Shown here: in pieces, positions 1 to 10,377 of the stretch
How positions within the stretch are numbered: position 1 is the first letter of the stretch
Layout: every line of letters starts with the position of its first letter
Source: Agathobaculum sp.
GTDB lineage: Bacteria > Bacillota > Clostridia > Oscillospirales > Butyricicoccaceae
DNA length: 27,019 nt
Direction of reading: 5' to 3'
Assembly (NCBI RefSeq): GCF_050946325.1
Contig: NZ_JBMNUP010000011.1
Span: forward strand, 1 to 27,019
Translations under genes and position numbers: made by a program
The notes under the pieces: generated by a model
Databases searched by the model: none
The model's input: the letters and a program-made list of their open reading frames with translations, nothing else
What the model was told of the DNA's origin: nothing

Positions 1-6
1 TGCGAT

Positions 7-1032
7 ATGCTTTATTTTGAGAATGACTATGGCTTCGGCGCGCATCCGGCGGTGCTGGAGCGTCTGGTGCAGACCAATATGGAGCCGGTTTCCGGCTACG
101 GAACCGACCCGTTCACAGCTTCGGCGGTGGAAAAGATCAAAGCGGCCTGCGGCTGTCCGGAGGGACAGGTGTTTTTCATCACGGGCGGCACGCAGACCAA
201 TATGCTGGTGATTGACGCGATGCTGCGCAAATATGAAGGCGTGGTTGCGGCGGAGACCGGCCATGTGAGCGTGCATGAGGCCGGCGCGATTGAATTTACC
301 GGCCACAAGGTGCTGACCGTGCCCGAAAAGGACGGCAAAATGTCGGCCGAGGCGCTGGAAAAATGCCTTTCCACGTTCTGGAACGACCCCAATCACGATC
401 ATATGGTATTCCCCGGCATGGTATATATCTCCCACCCGACGGAATTCGGAACGCTGTACAGCCGGCAGGAGCTGGAGGAGCTTTCCGCCGTCTGCCGGAG
501 ATATGAGATTCCGCTTTATATGGACGGCGCGCGCATGGGCTACGGCCTGGCCGCTTCGGAAGACGTGACGCTGCGCGAAATTGCCGCCTGCTGCGATGCG
601 TTTTACATCGGTGGCACCAAATGCGGCACGCTGTGCGGCGAAGCCGTTGTGTTCCCGCGCGGGGCCGCGCCCAAACAGTTTGTCACCATGACCAAGCAGC
701 ACGGCGCGCTGCTTGCCAAGGGCCGCCTGAGCGGCGTGCAGTTTGACGCGATGTTTACCGACGGACTGTATGAAAAAATCTGCCGTCCGGCGGTGGAGCT
801 TGCCATGCGCCTGCAAAAGGGCCTGCGGGAAAAGGGATACCGCATCGCGTTCCCCTCGCCGACCAACCAGCAGTTCGTCATTCTGGAAGACGCCATGCTG
901 GACGAGCTGCGGCGGCAGCAGGTCGCTTTCAGCTATTGGGAGCGGTATGACGAGGGGCACAGCATCATCCGCCTGGCAACAAGCTGGGCAACCACCGAAC
1001 AGCAGGTGGACGAACTGCTGACCCTGTTTTAA
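7..1032 (+). CDS. PLP-dependent threonine aldolase / beta-eliminating lyase family enzyme
   Basis: 341-aa ORF with FENDYGFGAHPAVLERL N-terminus, GGTQTN, DGAR and lysine-bearing GGTKCG motifs typical of the low-specificity threonine aldolase family. Only 6 nt lie upstream in the window, so the start and RBS cannot be checked. Confidence 0.7.
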   Translation: MLYFENDYGFGAHPAVLERLVQTNMEPVSGYGTDPFTASAVEKIKAACGCPEGQVFFITGGTQTNMLVIDAMLRKYEGVVAAETGHVSVHEAGAIEFTGHKVLTVPEKDGKMSAEALEKCLSTFWNDPNHDHMVFPGMVYISHPTEFGTLYSRQELEELSAVCRRYEIPLYMDGARMGYGLAASEDVTLREIAACCDAFYIGGTKCGTLCGEAVVFPRGAAPKQFVTMTKQHGALLAKGRLSGVQFDAMFTDGLYEKICRPAVELAMRLQKGLREKGYRIAFPSPTNQQFVILEDAMLDELRRQQVAFSYWERYDEGHSIIRLATSWATTEQQVDELLTLF

Positions 1033-1083
1033 GCGGAAAAATTTCCGTTTTTGCAATAACAGCCAACATTTTGGAGGCAATCA

Positions 1084-3636
1084 ATGAACGTAAGCTACGA
1101 AGAACAGAAAATCATACAGGTCGATCTGGAAAAGGAGATGCGCAAAAGCTACATCGATTACGCGATGAGCGTCATCGTCAGCCGCGCGCTGCCCGATGTG
1201 CGCGACGGCCTCAAGCCCGTGCATCGCCGTATTCTGTACGCGATGTTTGAGGACGGACTGACTTCGGACAAGCCTTACCGCAAGTCGGCCACGACCGTCG
1301 GTAACGTGCTCGGCCGGTATCACCCCCATGGCGACGCATCGGTGTATGACGCCATGGTGCGCATGGCGCAGCCCTTTTCGCTGCACTATCCGCTGATTGA
1401 CGGCCACGGCAACTTCGGTTCGGTGGACGGCGACCCCCCGGCGGCCTATCGTTATACCGAGGCCCGCATGGCCCGCGTGGCAAACTACATGCTGGCCGAT
1501 ATCAAAAAAGATACGGTGGATTTTCAGCCCAACTTTGATGAAAACCTGAAAGAGCCGCTGGTTCTGCCCTCGCGTTATCCCAACCTGCTGGTCAACGGCT
1601 CGTCGGGCATCGCGGTCGGCATGGCGACCAATATTCCTCCGCACAACATGACCGAAGTGATCGACGGCGTCTGCTACGTCATCGACCATCCGGAGGCCGG
1701 CCTGGACGAGATCTGCCAGTTCATCAAGGGACCGGATTTTCCAACGGGCGGCATCATCATGGGCCGCTCGGGCATCCGCGCCGCCTATGCCACCGGCCGC
1801 GGCAAAATCAAGCTGCGCGCCAAGACCGAGATCGTCGACCTGCCGAACGGCAAAAGCCAGATTCTTGTGACCGAGATTCCCTATATGGTCAACAAGGCCC
1901 GTCTGGTGGAGGCCATGGCGGGTCTGGTTAAGGACAAGCGCGTGGACGGCATCACCAATATTCAGGACCACTCCTCGCGCGAAGGCATGCAGATCGTCAT
2001 TGACATCCGCCGCGACGCCAACGCGCAGGTTATCTTAAACCAGCTTTTCACTTATACACAGCTTGAGGATACTGTTTCGATGATTCACATTGCGCTGGTG
2101 CCTTCGGGCGCGCAGGGCAAATTGCAGCCGCGCGTGCTGACGCTGCGCCAGATCATCGACCAGTATATCGCCTTCCAGAAAGACGTGGTTGCGCGGCGTA
2201 CCCGCTTTGATTTGAAAAAGGCGCAGGACCGCGCGCATATCCTCGAAGGTCTGAAGGTTGCGACCGACGGGGACAATATCGACCGCATCATCGCCATCAT
2301 CCGCGCCTCCAAAAATGAGGCGGAGGCCAAGGAAAACCTGTGCAAAGAGCCGTTCTGGATTGACCAGATTGCGCTGCTCGGCATTGTGGACGGTTCGGCG
2401 CATTTTGAGTTCCACCTGGATGACGCGCAGGCACAGGCCATTGTGGATATGCGTCTGGGCCGCCTGTCCGGTCTGGAGCAGCAGAAGCTCAATGAAGAAT
2501 ATGCCGAACTGGAAGAAAAAATCCGCGGGTTTGAGCATATTCTGTCCGCCGATGAGAATATTCTTGCCGTTGTAAAGGAAGAATTGCAGCAGATCAAGGC
2601 CAAATACGGCGACGCGCGCCACACCGAAATTGCCAACGTTGCCGATGAGATCGACATTGAAGACCTGATCGAGCAGCAGGACTGCGCGTATACGCTGACG
2701 CACTTTGGCTATATCAAACGCCAGCCGACTTCGGTTTACCGCGCGCAGCGGCGCGGCGGACGCGGCATTTCGGCCATGTCCACCCGTGAGGAGGACTTTG
2801 CCAAGAGCATTTTCACCGCCTCCACGCATGATACCATCCTGTTTTTCTCCGACCGCGGCAAGGTATACAAGCTCAAGGGCTACCAGATACCGGAGACCGG
2901 CCGCTCGGCCAAGGGCATGAATATCATTAACCTGCTGGAACTGGAAAACGATGAAAAAATCACCGCCATGTTCCCGATCCAGCAGTTTGCGGATGATAAA
3001 TTCCTGTTCTTTGTCACAAAACAGGGCGTTGCCAAGCGCGTGGTGCTTTCCGATCTGCAAAATATCCGCAGGGCGGGTCTGCGCGCACTGAACCTCAATG
3101 AGGATGACGCGCTGATTGACGTGCGCCTGACCGACGGCGAGCAGAACATCCTGATCGCCACGCATGAGGGCCGCGCCATCTGCTTTGACGAAAACGAAGT
3201 CCGCGCAATGGGCCGCACGGCGACCGGTGTGCGGGGCATCCGGCTGAGTGAGGGCGACTATGTTGTGGGCGCGGCGCGGGCGCGCAAGGGCGCGTATGTG
3301 CTCTCCATCACAGAGAACGGCTACGGCAAACGCACGCCGGTGGAGGAATTTACCGTTCACCACCGCGGCGGCGGCGGCATGACGCTGCACAACCTGACCG
3401 AAAAGACCGGTCTGGTGGCCGGCATTGCGGTTGTGGATAATGAGAACGACGTGATGATTATCACCGATGACGGCGTCATTATCCGCACGGGTGTGGAAGA
3501 AATCCGCGAATGCGGCAGAGGCAGCCAGGGCGTTATCGTCATGCGGACGGGAGAGGACGTCAAGGTCATTTCCATCGCCCGCACGGATAAGGAAGAACCG
3601 GATACCGCAGAAGAAGAAAATGCCGAGCAGGAATAA
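1084..3636 (+). CDS. gyrA: DNA gyrase subunit A
   Basis: 850 aa. [21 protein letters not shown] and HPHGD motifs, GyrA-box QRRGGRG, acidic C-terminal tail. GGAGG RBS at 1072-1076. Confidence 0.95.
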   Translation: MNVSYEEQKIIQVDLEKEMRKSYIDYAMSVIVSRALPDVRDGLKPVHRRILYAMFEDGLTSDKPYRKSATTVGNVLGRYHPHGDASVYDAMVRMAQPFSLHYPLIDGHGNFGSVDGDPPAAYRYTEARMARVANYMLADIKKDTVDFQPNFDENLKEPLVLPSRYPNLLVNGSSGIAVGMATNIPPHNMTEVIDGVCYVIDHPEAGLDEICQFIKGPDFPTGGIIMGRSGIRAAYATGRGKIKLRAKTEIVDLPNGKSQILVTEIPYMVNKARLVEAMAGLVKDKRVDGITNIQDHSSREGMQIVIDIRRDANAQVILNQLFTYTQLEDTVSMIHIALVPSGAQGKLQPRVLTLRQIIDQYIAFQKDVVARRTRFDLKKAQDRAHILEGLKVATDGDNIDRIIAIIRASKNEAEAKENLCKEPFWIDQIALLGIVDGSAHFEFHLDDAQAQAIVDMRLGRLSGLEQQKLNEEYAELEEKIRGFEHILSADENILAVVKEELQQIKAKYGDARHTEIANVADEIDIEDLIEQQDCAYTLTHFGYIKRQPTSVYRAQRRGGRGISAMSTREEDFAKSIFTASTHDTILFFSDRGKVYKLKGYQIPETGRSAKGMNIINLLELENDEKITAMFPIQQFADDKFLFFVTKQGVAKRVVLSDLQNIRRAGLRALNLNEDDALIDVRLTDGEQNILIATHEGRAICFDENEVRAMGRTATGVRGIRLSEGDYVVGAARARKGAYVLSITENGYGKRTPVEEFTVHHRGGGGMTLHNLTEKTGLVAGIAVVDNENDVMIITDDGVIIRTGVEEIRECGRGSQGVIVMRTGEDVKVISIARTDKEEPDTAEEENAEQE

Positions 3637-3641
3637 CAGCA

Positions 3642-3671
3642 AAACGGACGCTTTGTGCGTCCGTTTTTTTG
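3642..3671 (+). terminator. intrinsic terminator after gyrA
   Basis: Stem AACGGACGC / GCGTCCGTT (3643-3651 / 3657-3665) followed by a T7 run. Confidence 0.7.
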
Positions 3672-3712
3672 CGGGGAAAGCGCTTTGCCGGAGCAGAAAA
3701 TCCACATGCGCC

Positions 3713-3741
3713 TTGCGCGGGCGGCAAAAAAGGGGTATACT
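3713..3741 (+). promoter_or_regulatory. candidate sigma-A promoter for nadE
   Basis: TTGCGC (3713-3718), 17-nt spacer, TATACT (3736-3741), about 40 nt upstream of the nadE start. Confidence 0.4.
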
Positions 3742-3782
3742 GACTCTATCTGGAATGCCTGCATGAAGAAGGAGAGAACCCG

Positions 3783-5705
3783 ATGAAGGACGGATTTATC
3801 AAGGTTGCGGCGGCAACGCCCGGGCTGCGCGTGGCGGACTGCGCGTATAACGCGGCGGAAACAGCGCGGCTGGCGCGTGAAGCGGCGGAAAAAGGCGCGA
3901 AACTGATCGTATTTCCCGAGCTGTGCCTGACCGGCTACACCTGCGGCGACCTGTTTTTGCAGCAGACCCTGCTGGACGGCGCGCTCGCCGCGCTCGAGAC
4001 CGTGTGCCGGCAAACTGCGGCGCTTGAAGCCGTGGTGCTGGTTGGTCTGCCGCTGCGCGTGCGCGGCAAGCTGTATAACTGCGCCGCGGTGCTCTGCCGG
4101 GGCGAGGTGATGGCCTTTGTGCCCAAGCGCCACCTGCCCAATTATTCCGAATTTTACGAACAGCGCCACTTTGTCTCGGGCGACGCGCTGGACTGCATGG
4201 AAGGCGTCTGCGTGAAAAACGGCGCGGGCGAGACGGTTCGCGTGCCGGTGGTGACCGGTCAGGTGTTCGCCTGCGAGGAGCAGCCGCTGTTTACCTTCGG
4301 CGTGGAGCTGTGCGAGGATTTGTGGGTCGCCGCGCCGCCGTCCATTGAGCTTGCGCAGGGCGGCGCACATATCATCGCCAACCTGTCCGCTTCGGATGAG
4401 CTGGTCGGCAAGGCGGCTTACCGCCGCGATCTGGTGCGGCAGCAGTCCGCGCGGCTGGCCTGCGCCTATGTGTATGCGGACGCCGGCACCGGCGAATCCA
4501 CACAGGATCTGGTGTTCGCGGGGCATGACCTCATCGCGGAAAACGGAACGCTTTTAGCAGAAAGCCGCCGCTTTACAGAGGGTATCGTTTACGCAGATAT
4601 TGATTTGGAGCGCCTTGCCTATGAGCGCCGGCGCATGAATACCTTCGGCGCGGCGGAAACCGGCGTATTTTCCTTTTCCCTGCCTGCGGCGGACTGCGAC
4701 CTTGCCGACCGGCGTTTTCCCCGGCTGCCCTTTGTGCCGGAAAACAGCGAAAAGCGCGTCGAACGCTGCGAGGAGATCCTGACCATTCAGGCGGCCGGTC
4801 TGGCGCGCCGTATTGCGCACACCCGCGCGAAAACCGTGGTGGTCGGCCTGTCCGGCGGGCTGGATTCCACGCTGGCGCTGATTGTGACGGCGCATGCGTT
4901 TGACCGTCTCGGTCTGGACCGAAAGGGTATCCTTGCCGTTACCATGCCGTGCTTCGGCACGACCGCCCGCACCCGCGGCAACGCGGAAAAGCTGGCGGAA
5001 GCCTACGGCGTGACCTTGCAGACCGTGGATATCAAGGCGGCGGTCGATCAGCACTTTGCCGATATCGGGCACGACTGGAACGACCACAGCGTGACCTTTG
5101 AAAACGCGCAGGCGCGTATGCGCACGCTGGTGCTGATGGATCTGGCGAACAAGCAGGGCGGCATGGTGGTCGGCACGGGCGATCTGTCCGAGCTGGCGCT
5201 TGGCTGGGCGACCTATAACGGCGACCATATGAGCATGTACGGCGTCAACGCCTCCATCCCCAAAACGCTGGTGCGCCATCTGGTCGATTACGAGGCGGGC
5301 CGCGCGGGCGGCGCGCTCGAAGCCGTTTTGCGCGATATTCTGGATACGCCGGTATCGCCCGAGCTGCTGCCGCCCACGGACGGCGAAATCAGCCAGAAAA
5401 CCGAAGACCTCGTCGGCCCGTATGAGCTGCATGACTTTTTCCTGTTTTATATGCTGCGCTTTGGCTATCCGCCGCGCAAAGTGTACCGCGTGGCCTGCCG
5501 CGCCTTTGCCGGCGTGTATGACGCTGCGGTCATCAAAAAATGGCTGATTACCTTTATCCGCCGCTTTTTCACCCAGCAGTTCAAGCGCTCCTGCCTGCCG
5601 GACGGCCCCAAGGTCGGCACGGTGGCGCTTTCCCCGCGCGGAGACTGGCGCATGCCGTCGGACGCCTGCGCAGACCTGTGGCTGGCGGAAGCCGAAGCCC
5701 TGTAA
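3783..5705 (+). CDS. nadE: glutamine-dependent NAD+ synthetase (N-terminal CN-hydrolase domain plus C-terminal NAD synthetase domain)
   Basis: 640 aa. Nitrilase-type FPEL and ELCEDLW (catalytic Glu/Cys context), PP-loop SGGLDS. AAGGAGAG RBS before the ATG. Confidence 0.93.
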   Translation: MKDGFIKVAAATPGLRVADCAYNAAETARLAREAAEKGAKLIVFPELCLTGYTCGDLFLQQTLLDGALAALETVCRQTAALEAVVLVGLPLRVRGKLYNCAAVLCRGEVMAFVPKRHLPNYSEFYEQRHFVSGDALDCMEGVCVKNGAGETVRVPVVTGQVFACEEQPLFTFGVELCEDLWVAAPPSIELAQGGAHIIANLSASDELVGKAAYRRDLVRQQSARLACAYVYADAGTGESTQDLVFAGHDLIAENGTLLAESRRFTEGIVYADIDLERLAYERRRMNTFGAAETGVFSFSLPAADCDLADRRFPRLPFVPENSEKRVERCEEILTIQAAGLARRIAHTRAKTVVVGLSGGLDSTLALIVTAHAFDRLGLDRKGILAVTMPCFGTTARTRGNAEKLAEAYGVTLQTVDIKAAVDQHFADIGHDWNDHSVTFENAQARMRTLVLMDLANKQGGMVVGTGDLSELALGWATYNGDHMSMYGVNASIPKTLVRHLVDYEAGRAGGALEAVLRDILDTPVSPELLPPTDGEISQKTEDLVGPYELHDFFLFYMLRFGYPPRKVYRVACRAFAGVYDAAVIKKWLITFIRRFFTQQFKRSCLPDGPKVGTVALSPRGDWRMPSDACADLWLAEAEAL

Positions 5706-5764
5706 CGGAAAATTTTTCGCAGGATACGGCTCTGCCGCTCATCCTTTTCAAAGGAGCAAAGCAT

Positions 5765-6430
5765 TTGAAAACCCTGTTTCGCAATGCCGTGGCGGTGCTG
5801 GCCGCCGCGGTGTTCTGTCTGAATTTATATATTGAGCTGGCCCCGCAGTATGTGGTGCATCCGCCGGTTAAGCTGGTGTTTGCGGCGGTTTTTGCAGGTT
5901 TGCTGTGGCTGGCGTTTTTTTTCGGCCTGCCAAAGGGCGCGCGCGCCAAACGGCGGCGGGATTATGTGATGCTGCTGTTCTGGTATTATCTGTGGGTGCT
6001 GGCAAACGTTTTGTTTTTTGATAATGCCTTCGGCCGCGGCTTTACCGGCCATCTGGCGCTGGATGCGGTCAATCTGGAGCCGCTGCGCACCATCCGCAAC
6101 TACATCAGCGCCTATGGATACGGCAATATTTCGCTTTATCTGGTCGTGCTAAACCTGGCGGGCAATCTGGCGGCGTTCGCGCCGATGGGCTTTTTCCTGC
6201 CCGCGCTGTTCCGCTGGCAGCGCAGCATTTTTTTCTTTACCGCAACGCTTGTGCAGGGCATCACCGCAGTGGAAGTATTGCAGGTGTACTCGGGCGCGGG
6301 CTCGTGCGATGTGGACGATTTGATTCTCAATCTGGCCGGCGCGCTGCTGGTTTTTGCCGTCTGCCGCATCACGCCGCTGTGGAAGCGGGTGTGCGCCGTC
6401 ACCCCGCGTGAAAAAACCGGCGGCGGATAA
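5765..6430 (+). CDS. VanZ-like family integral membrane protein
   Basis: The track ORF 5540..6430 overlaps nadE. The in-frame TTG at 5765 sits 8 nt after AAGGAG (5751-5756). Multi-TM protein with LNLAGNLAAFAPMGFFLP, a VanZ-type motif. Confidence 0.6.
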   Translation: MKTLFRNAVAVLAAAVFCLNLYIELAPQYVVHPPVKLVFAAVFAGLLWLAFFFGLPKGARAKRRRDYVMLLFWYYLWVLANVLFFDNAFGRGFTGHLALDAVNLEPLRTIRNYISAYGYGNISLYLVVLNLAGNLAAFAPMGFFLPALFRWQRSIFFFTATLVQGITAVEVLQVYSGAGSCDVDDLILNLAGALLVFAVCRITPLWKRVCAVTPREKTGGG

Positions 6431-6495
6431 AAAAATTCTCCATTCTTCAATTGTTTGCCTGATCGGGCAAAAAACAACAGGGGGGACTGTTACGC

Positions 6496-7332
6496 ATGTT
6501 TGATACCGTTTTGGTGGCCGGCCTCGGCCTGATGGGCGGCTCGATGGCGCAGACCATCAAGCGCCACACAGACTGCCGCGTACTCGGCTGGAACCGCACG
6601 CGGGAGACCGCGGAAAAAGCCCGCGCAGACGGCGCGATTGACGCCGTTGCGACCGAAGCGCTGTTCGGCCAGGCCGATCTGGTGCTGATCGGTCTGTATC
6701 CGCAGGCCACGGTGGACTGGCTGCTGCAAGCCATGCCCAAAATGAAAAAGGGCTGCGTTGTGGTGGATATGGTGGGCGTCAAGCGCTTTATGATTGACCG
6801 GCTGGAGCAGGCCGCGCTGCAGGCGGGGGTCCACTTTGTGGGCGGGCACCCGATGGCCGGACGGGAATTTTCCGGTTTTGATTACGCGCAGCCCACGCTG
6901 TTTGACGGGGCGAGCATGATCTTTGTGCCCAACCGGTCGAGCAATGAAGCGGTTTTGCAGGCGCTGGAAGCGTTTTTCATGGGTCTGGGCTTTGGGCAGA
7001 CCGTGCGCTGCACCGCCGACCAGCACGACCGGATGATTGCGTTCACCTCGCAGCTGGCGCATGTGGTCTCTTCGGCTTATATCAAAAGTCCGGAAGCCGA
7101 TCAGCACAACGGCTATTCCGCCGGCAGCTATAAGGATTTGACGCGCGTGGCCAAGCTCAACGAGCATATGTGGAGCGAGCTGTTTTTGTGCAACGCCGCG
7201 CCGCTGGCGCAGGAAATTGACGAGATCATCGCGCATCTGGACGAATACCGCCGCGCCATCCGCGCCGGTGACCGTGAAACGCTGACCGCGCTGCTGCGGG
7301 ACGGCCGCGAGCGCAAGGAGCGGCTGGGATAA
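6496..7332 (+). CDS. tyrA: prephenate dehydrogenase
   Basis: 278 aa. N-terminal Rossmann VAGLGLMGGS, GGHPMAG signature, G-rich RBS. Confidence 0.85.
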   Translation: MFDTVLVAGLGLMGGSMAQTIKRHTDCRVLGWNRTRETAEKARADGAIDAVATEALFGQADLVLIGLYPQATVDWLLQAMPKMKKGCVVVDMVGVKRFMIDRLEQAALQAGVHFVGGHPMAGREFSGFDYAQPTLFDGASMIFVPNRSSNEAVLQALEAFFMGLGFGQTVRCTADQHDRMIAFTSQLAHVVSSAYIKSPEADQHNGYSAGSYKDLTRVAKLNEHMWSELFLCNAAPLAQEIDEIIAHLDEYRRAIRAGDRETLTALLRDGRERKERLG

Positions 7333-7351
7333 AACCGCATGGACGAACGAG

Positions 7352-7379
7352 GGACGGGCAAGGCGCCCGTCCTTTTTTT
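7352..7379 (+). terminator. intrinsic terminator after tyrA
   Basis: GGACGGGC / GCCCGTCC 8-bp stem, 5-nt loop, T7 run (7373-7379). Confidence 0.75.
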
Positions 7380-7401
7380 GCCCAATGCGCGCAGTTTATT
7401 C

Positions 7402-7430
7402 TTGCGCGGGAGCGGTTTCGGGTGTACACT
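7402..7430 (+). promoter_or_regulatory. candidate sigma-A promoter for the MFS gene
   Basis: TTGCGC (7402-7407), 17 nt, TACACT (7425-7430). Confidence 0.4.
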
Positions 7431-7467
7431 GTATAAGGAATTTTTGACGGACGGGGGAACAGATGTC

Positions 7468-8613
7468 ATGCAGATTCATATCCGCCGGCGCCTGCTGCGC
7501 TGCGCGTTTCAAACCATGCTGCTGGGCGGCCTGCTCAGTACAAGCGGCGGCGTGGTCATGTCCCTTTTGCAGGACCGGTATGCGCTGGGCTACCAGTGGG
7601 GCGGGGTGCTGCTGGCCGCGCTGAGTATCGGCAACCTGCTGGCCGGTTTTGCAACCGGCATGCTGACCGTGCGGCACGGCATGCGCAGCACTGCGCTGCT
7701 GTTTTTATCGGGCGGCGCGCTGGGTTATCTGATGATGGCGCTGACGGGCAATCCCTGGCTGCTGCTGGCGGCGTATATTTTTGTGGGCGCGGCCAAGGGG
7801 TGCGTGCTCAATACGGACAGCGTGCTGGTTGCCCTTGCAGCCGAAAACCGCACGCGGAGCATGAACCTGGCGCACGCGCGGTTTGCGCTGGGCTCGCTGC
7901 TGTGCCCGCTGCTGATTGCGGCGCTTGGCCTGCTGCACTGGCGCGCGCCGATGTTCGGCCTGACCGTCTGCGGCGTGCTGCTCTGGGCGGCGGCCTATGC
8001 CGGAAGGCTGCCGCGCCGTGCCAGCCGCGCCGAACAGCAGGGGGGACAGTGGGACTTTTTTCACTCCCGCCGGTTCTGGCTGCTGACCGCGGTGCTGTTT
8101 TTCCAGAACTGCACGGAAATTGCCGTAACGGGCTGGATGGTGACCTATTTTAAGGATACGGGCATTCTGTCCGGCACGATCGGGCAGCTCACCGTTTCGG
8201 TCATCTGGGGCGCGATGCTGGCGGCCCGTCTGTTTATTGCGCTGGTCATGCCCATCAAAAACAGCTTCCGCGCGCTGACCGGTATGACGCTGGGCTGCAT
8301 CGCAGCCTATCTGCTGCTGCTGCGGGCCGGTTCGCCGGTTTCGGCGATGGTATCGCTGTTTCTGTTCGGCGTGGCCATTGCAGGCGTCAACCCGACGGCC
8401 GTTGCCAGCGCGGGCAAGTCGCTTTCCAGCACGGGCGTGGGCGTGATGCTGCCGGTGGCCGGTCTGGGCGCCATCGCCATGCCGTATATCGTGGGGGCCA
8501 TTGCCTCGGCTTTTGGCATTCACGCCGGTATGATGAGCATTATTGCGGCGGTGATCGGCATGTTTGCCAGCTCGGTGCTGCTTTTGTTCGTGCGCGAGGG
8601 CGAAACGGCCTGA
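7468..8613 (+). CDS. MFS transporter
   Basis: The track ORF starts at 7339, which would read through the tyrA terminator. The ATG at 7468 follows GGGGGA (7454-7459). About 12 predicted TM segments, Gly/Ala/Leu rich, typical MFS layout. Confidence 0.8.
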   Translation: MQIHIRRRLLRCAFQTMLLGGLLSTSGGVVMSLLQDRYALGYQWGGVLLAALSIGNLLAGFATGMLTVRHGMRSTALLFLSGGALGYLMMALTGNPWLLLAAYIFVGAAKGCVLNTDSVLVALAAENRTRSMNLAHARFALGSLLCPLLIAALGLLHWRAPMFGLTVCGVLLWAAAYAGRLPRRASRAEQQGGQWDFFHSRRFWLLTAVLFFQNCTEIAVTGWMVTYFKDTGILSGTIGQLTVSVIWGAMLAARLFIALVMPIKNSFRALTGMTLGCIAAYLLLLRAGSPVSAMVSLFLFGVAIAGVNPTAVASAGKSLSSTGVGVMLPVAGLGAIAMPYIVGAIASAFGIHAGMMSIIAAVIGMFASSVLLLFVREGETA

Positions 8614-8630
8614 AAATGCGGAAAAAGAGA

Positions 8631-8660
8631 GGGACCGCTCTTCGGGAGCGGCCCCTTTTT
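8631..8660 (+). terminator. intrinsic terminator after the MFS gene
   Basis: GGGACCGCTC ttcg GGAGCGGCCCC followed by T5. Confidence 0.75.
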
Positions 8661-8691
8661 CGTTTATGCGGCAATCTGCCTGAATCCGGAC

Positions 8692-8720
8692 TTGCCTTTC
8701 TCCGGCTTTTTTGAGATAAT
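8692..8720 (+). promoter_or_regulatory. candidate sigma-A promoter for rpoN (extended -10)
   Basis: TTGCCT (8692-8697), 17 nt, TGaGATAAT (8712-8720). Confidence 0.5.
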
Positions 8721-8770
8721 ATACAGGAAGAGAGAGAGCGAACAGAGATATTGCAAAGAGGGATTTAGAA

Positions 8771-10120
8771 ATGGATTTGGGAGTTACACTGTCTCTGACG
8801 CAAAAACAGACCCTGTCGCTGATGCAGATCCAGTCGCTGCGGATTCTGGAAATGAATACGGAAGAACTGCAAAAATACTGCCTGCAGGAACAGACCGAGA
8901 ACCCGCTGCTGGAAATCGGCTCGTTTTCCGATCAGCCGCTGTCTCCGGTGGAGCAGCAGGAGTGGGTGGAGCGCAACAGCGTACATATCGGCAGCGGACG
9001 GGCGGAAAGTCCGGAAAAGCTGCTGTTCAACGTGGCGCAGTTTGAAAGCCCCTCCATACAGGATCAGCTTTTGCAGCAGGTGAACGAGCGCACCTGCCCG
9101 CCGGGGGTATATCGCGCGCTGCGTCGTCTGGTCTGCCTGCTGGATGACAACGGGTTTCTGGGCATGGATGAGGCCGAGCTGCCGGCAATGATACAGGCTG
9201 TGCCGGCGGACTGTGAAAAGGCGCTGGCGCTGCTGCGCACGCTGGAGCCGGCCGGCGTGGGTGCGCGCGATCTGCCGCACTGCCTGCTGCTGCAGCTGGA
9301 GCGGTACGGCCGCAAAACCCCGCTGCTGGAGGAAATTCTGCGCTGGCATTTTGCCGATATTGCGTCAGGGCAGGTCAAGCGCCTGTCCCGTGAGCTGGGC
9401 GTTTCCCGGGCAGAGGTGACGCAGGCGCTGGAGGTGCTCCGCCTGCTGGACCCGCGTCCTGTGGCCGGTATGACGGCGCAGCCCACCGAATATCTGGTGC
9501 CGGATATTCTGGCATCGCACACGGCGGACGGCTGGGAAATTGAAATCAACGATTCCTGGTGCGGTACGGTTCATGTCAACCGTACCTATCTGCTGATGGC
9601 CGAACATGCCGAAACCGAGGAAGAGCGCGCGTATTTTACCGAAAAAATACGCCGTGCGCGCGCGGTGGTGCATGCGATTGAGCAGCGCCGCCGGACCATT
9701 ATTGATATGACACGCCTTATGCTGGAACGGCAGGAGGATTTTGTGCTGCGCTGCATGCCGCTGCATCCGCTTTCCATGCAGGAGGTCGCAGAAGCGCTGC
9801 ATATTCATATTTCAACGGTCAGCCGCACGGTGCGGAGCAAATATGTGCAGTGCCCGCGCGGGGTGATTCCGCTTTCCGGTCTGCTGGAGACAGCGGCGCC
9901 GGCCGGCATGCAGGACGGTCCGGCCGTTGGGCGGGGTGAGCTGCTCCATCAGCTCCGCCAGCTGATTGAACAGGAGGATGCCTCCAAACCCTATAGCGAC
10001 GCTGCGCTGGCCGAGCGGCTCAACGAGCTTTGCGGCGTGCAGATTTCGCGGCGCACGGTAGCGAAATACCGGCAGGAGCTGCATATCAAGGGCGCGTATG
10101 AGCGCCGCGCAACGGAATAA
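8771..10120 (+). CDS. rpoN: RNA polymerase sigma-54 factor
   Basis: 449 aa. Region I LSLTQKQTLSLMQIQSLRILEMNTEELQ, HTH HISTVSRTV, RpoN box SRRTVAKYRQEL. Confidence 0.93.
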   Translation: MDLGVTLSLTQKQTLSLMQIQSLRILEMNTEELQKYCLQEQTENPLLEIGSFSDQPLSPVEQQEWVERNSVHIGSGRAESPEKLLFNVAQFESPSIQDQLLQQVNERTCPPGVYRALRRLVCLLDDNGFLGMDEAELPAMIQAVPADCEKALALLRTLEPAGVGARDLPHCLLLQLERYGRKTPLLEEILRWHFADIASGQVKRLSRELGVSRAEVTQALEVLRLLDPRPVAGMTAQPTEYLVPDILASHTADGWEIEINDSWCGTVHVNRTYLLMAEHAETEEERAYFTEKIRRARAVVHAIEQRRRTIIDMTRLMLERQEDFVLRCMPLHPLSMQEVAEALHIHISTVSRTVRSKYVQCPRGVIPLSGLLETAAPAGMQDGPAVGRGELLHQLRQLIEQEDASKPYSDAALAERLNELCGVQISRRTVAKYRQELHIKGAYERRATE

Positions 10121-10159
10121 AACAAAATCCCCTGCCATATAGACGGGTGTTCGTATGAC

Positions 10160-10258
10160 AGTATTGCACAGGAAGCCGAAAATCAGATAGAGTGGCAGAT
10201 GAACGCTTGCAGGGTACAGGCAGAGGAAGTTGTGAAAACAGAATTGATTTATGATTGA
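10160..10258 (+). pseudogene. TnpV-like gene relic, C-terminal end only
   Basis: The frame ending at TGA 10256-10258 reads AQEAENQIEWQMNACRVQAEEVVKTELIYD. This resembles the conserved C-terminus of TnpV-family proteins (Tn4451-type clostridial elements), recalled from memory. There is no N-terminal part or start codon, and the frame runs straight out of the rpoN stop. Confidence 0.45.
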
Positions 10259-10264
10259 GCGAGG

Positions 10265-10294
10265 AAGTCCGGGCAGAAAACTGTTCGGACTTTT
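10265..10294 (+). terminator. hairpin after the TnpV C-terminal relic (weak terminator)
   Basis: AAGTCCG (10265-10271) / CGGACTT (10286-10292), 14-nt loop, short T run. Confidence 0.35.
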
Positions 10295-10377
10295 CTCATA
10301 TCTCACAAAAGTTGCGGTAGAACTGTCCGCAAGTGTTATGGTATAACTTTGGTATGGTATCCGTGCTATGAAATAAA

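Noticed and set aside
2035-3705. 556-aa minus-strand ORF, and also 1081..1971 (296 aa) and 3357..4526 (389 aa)
   Set aside because: Antisense to gyrA or nadE, and they cross the gyrA terminator and the intergenic promoter. These are typical high-GC shadow ORFs.
7339-7467. Upstream extension of the MFS ORF, and similarly 5540-5764, 13381-13407, 14283-14432, 22125-22409 and 20318-20368
   Set aside because: These extensions overlap upstream genes or terminators. Internal starts with good Shine-Dalgarno sequences and expected N-termini are preferred.
10124-10136. AAAATCCCCTGCC right after rpoN resembles the 3' half of the 10613-10636 hairpin (AAAATCCCTGCC), raising the possibility of a junction repeat or att site
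   Set aside because: Only about 12 nt with one indel, no complementary 5' half upstream, and no matching copy at the right island boundary. It cannot be distinguished from chance by eye.
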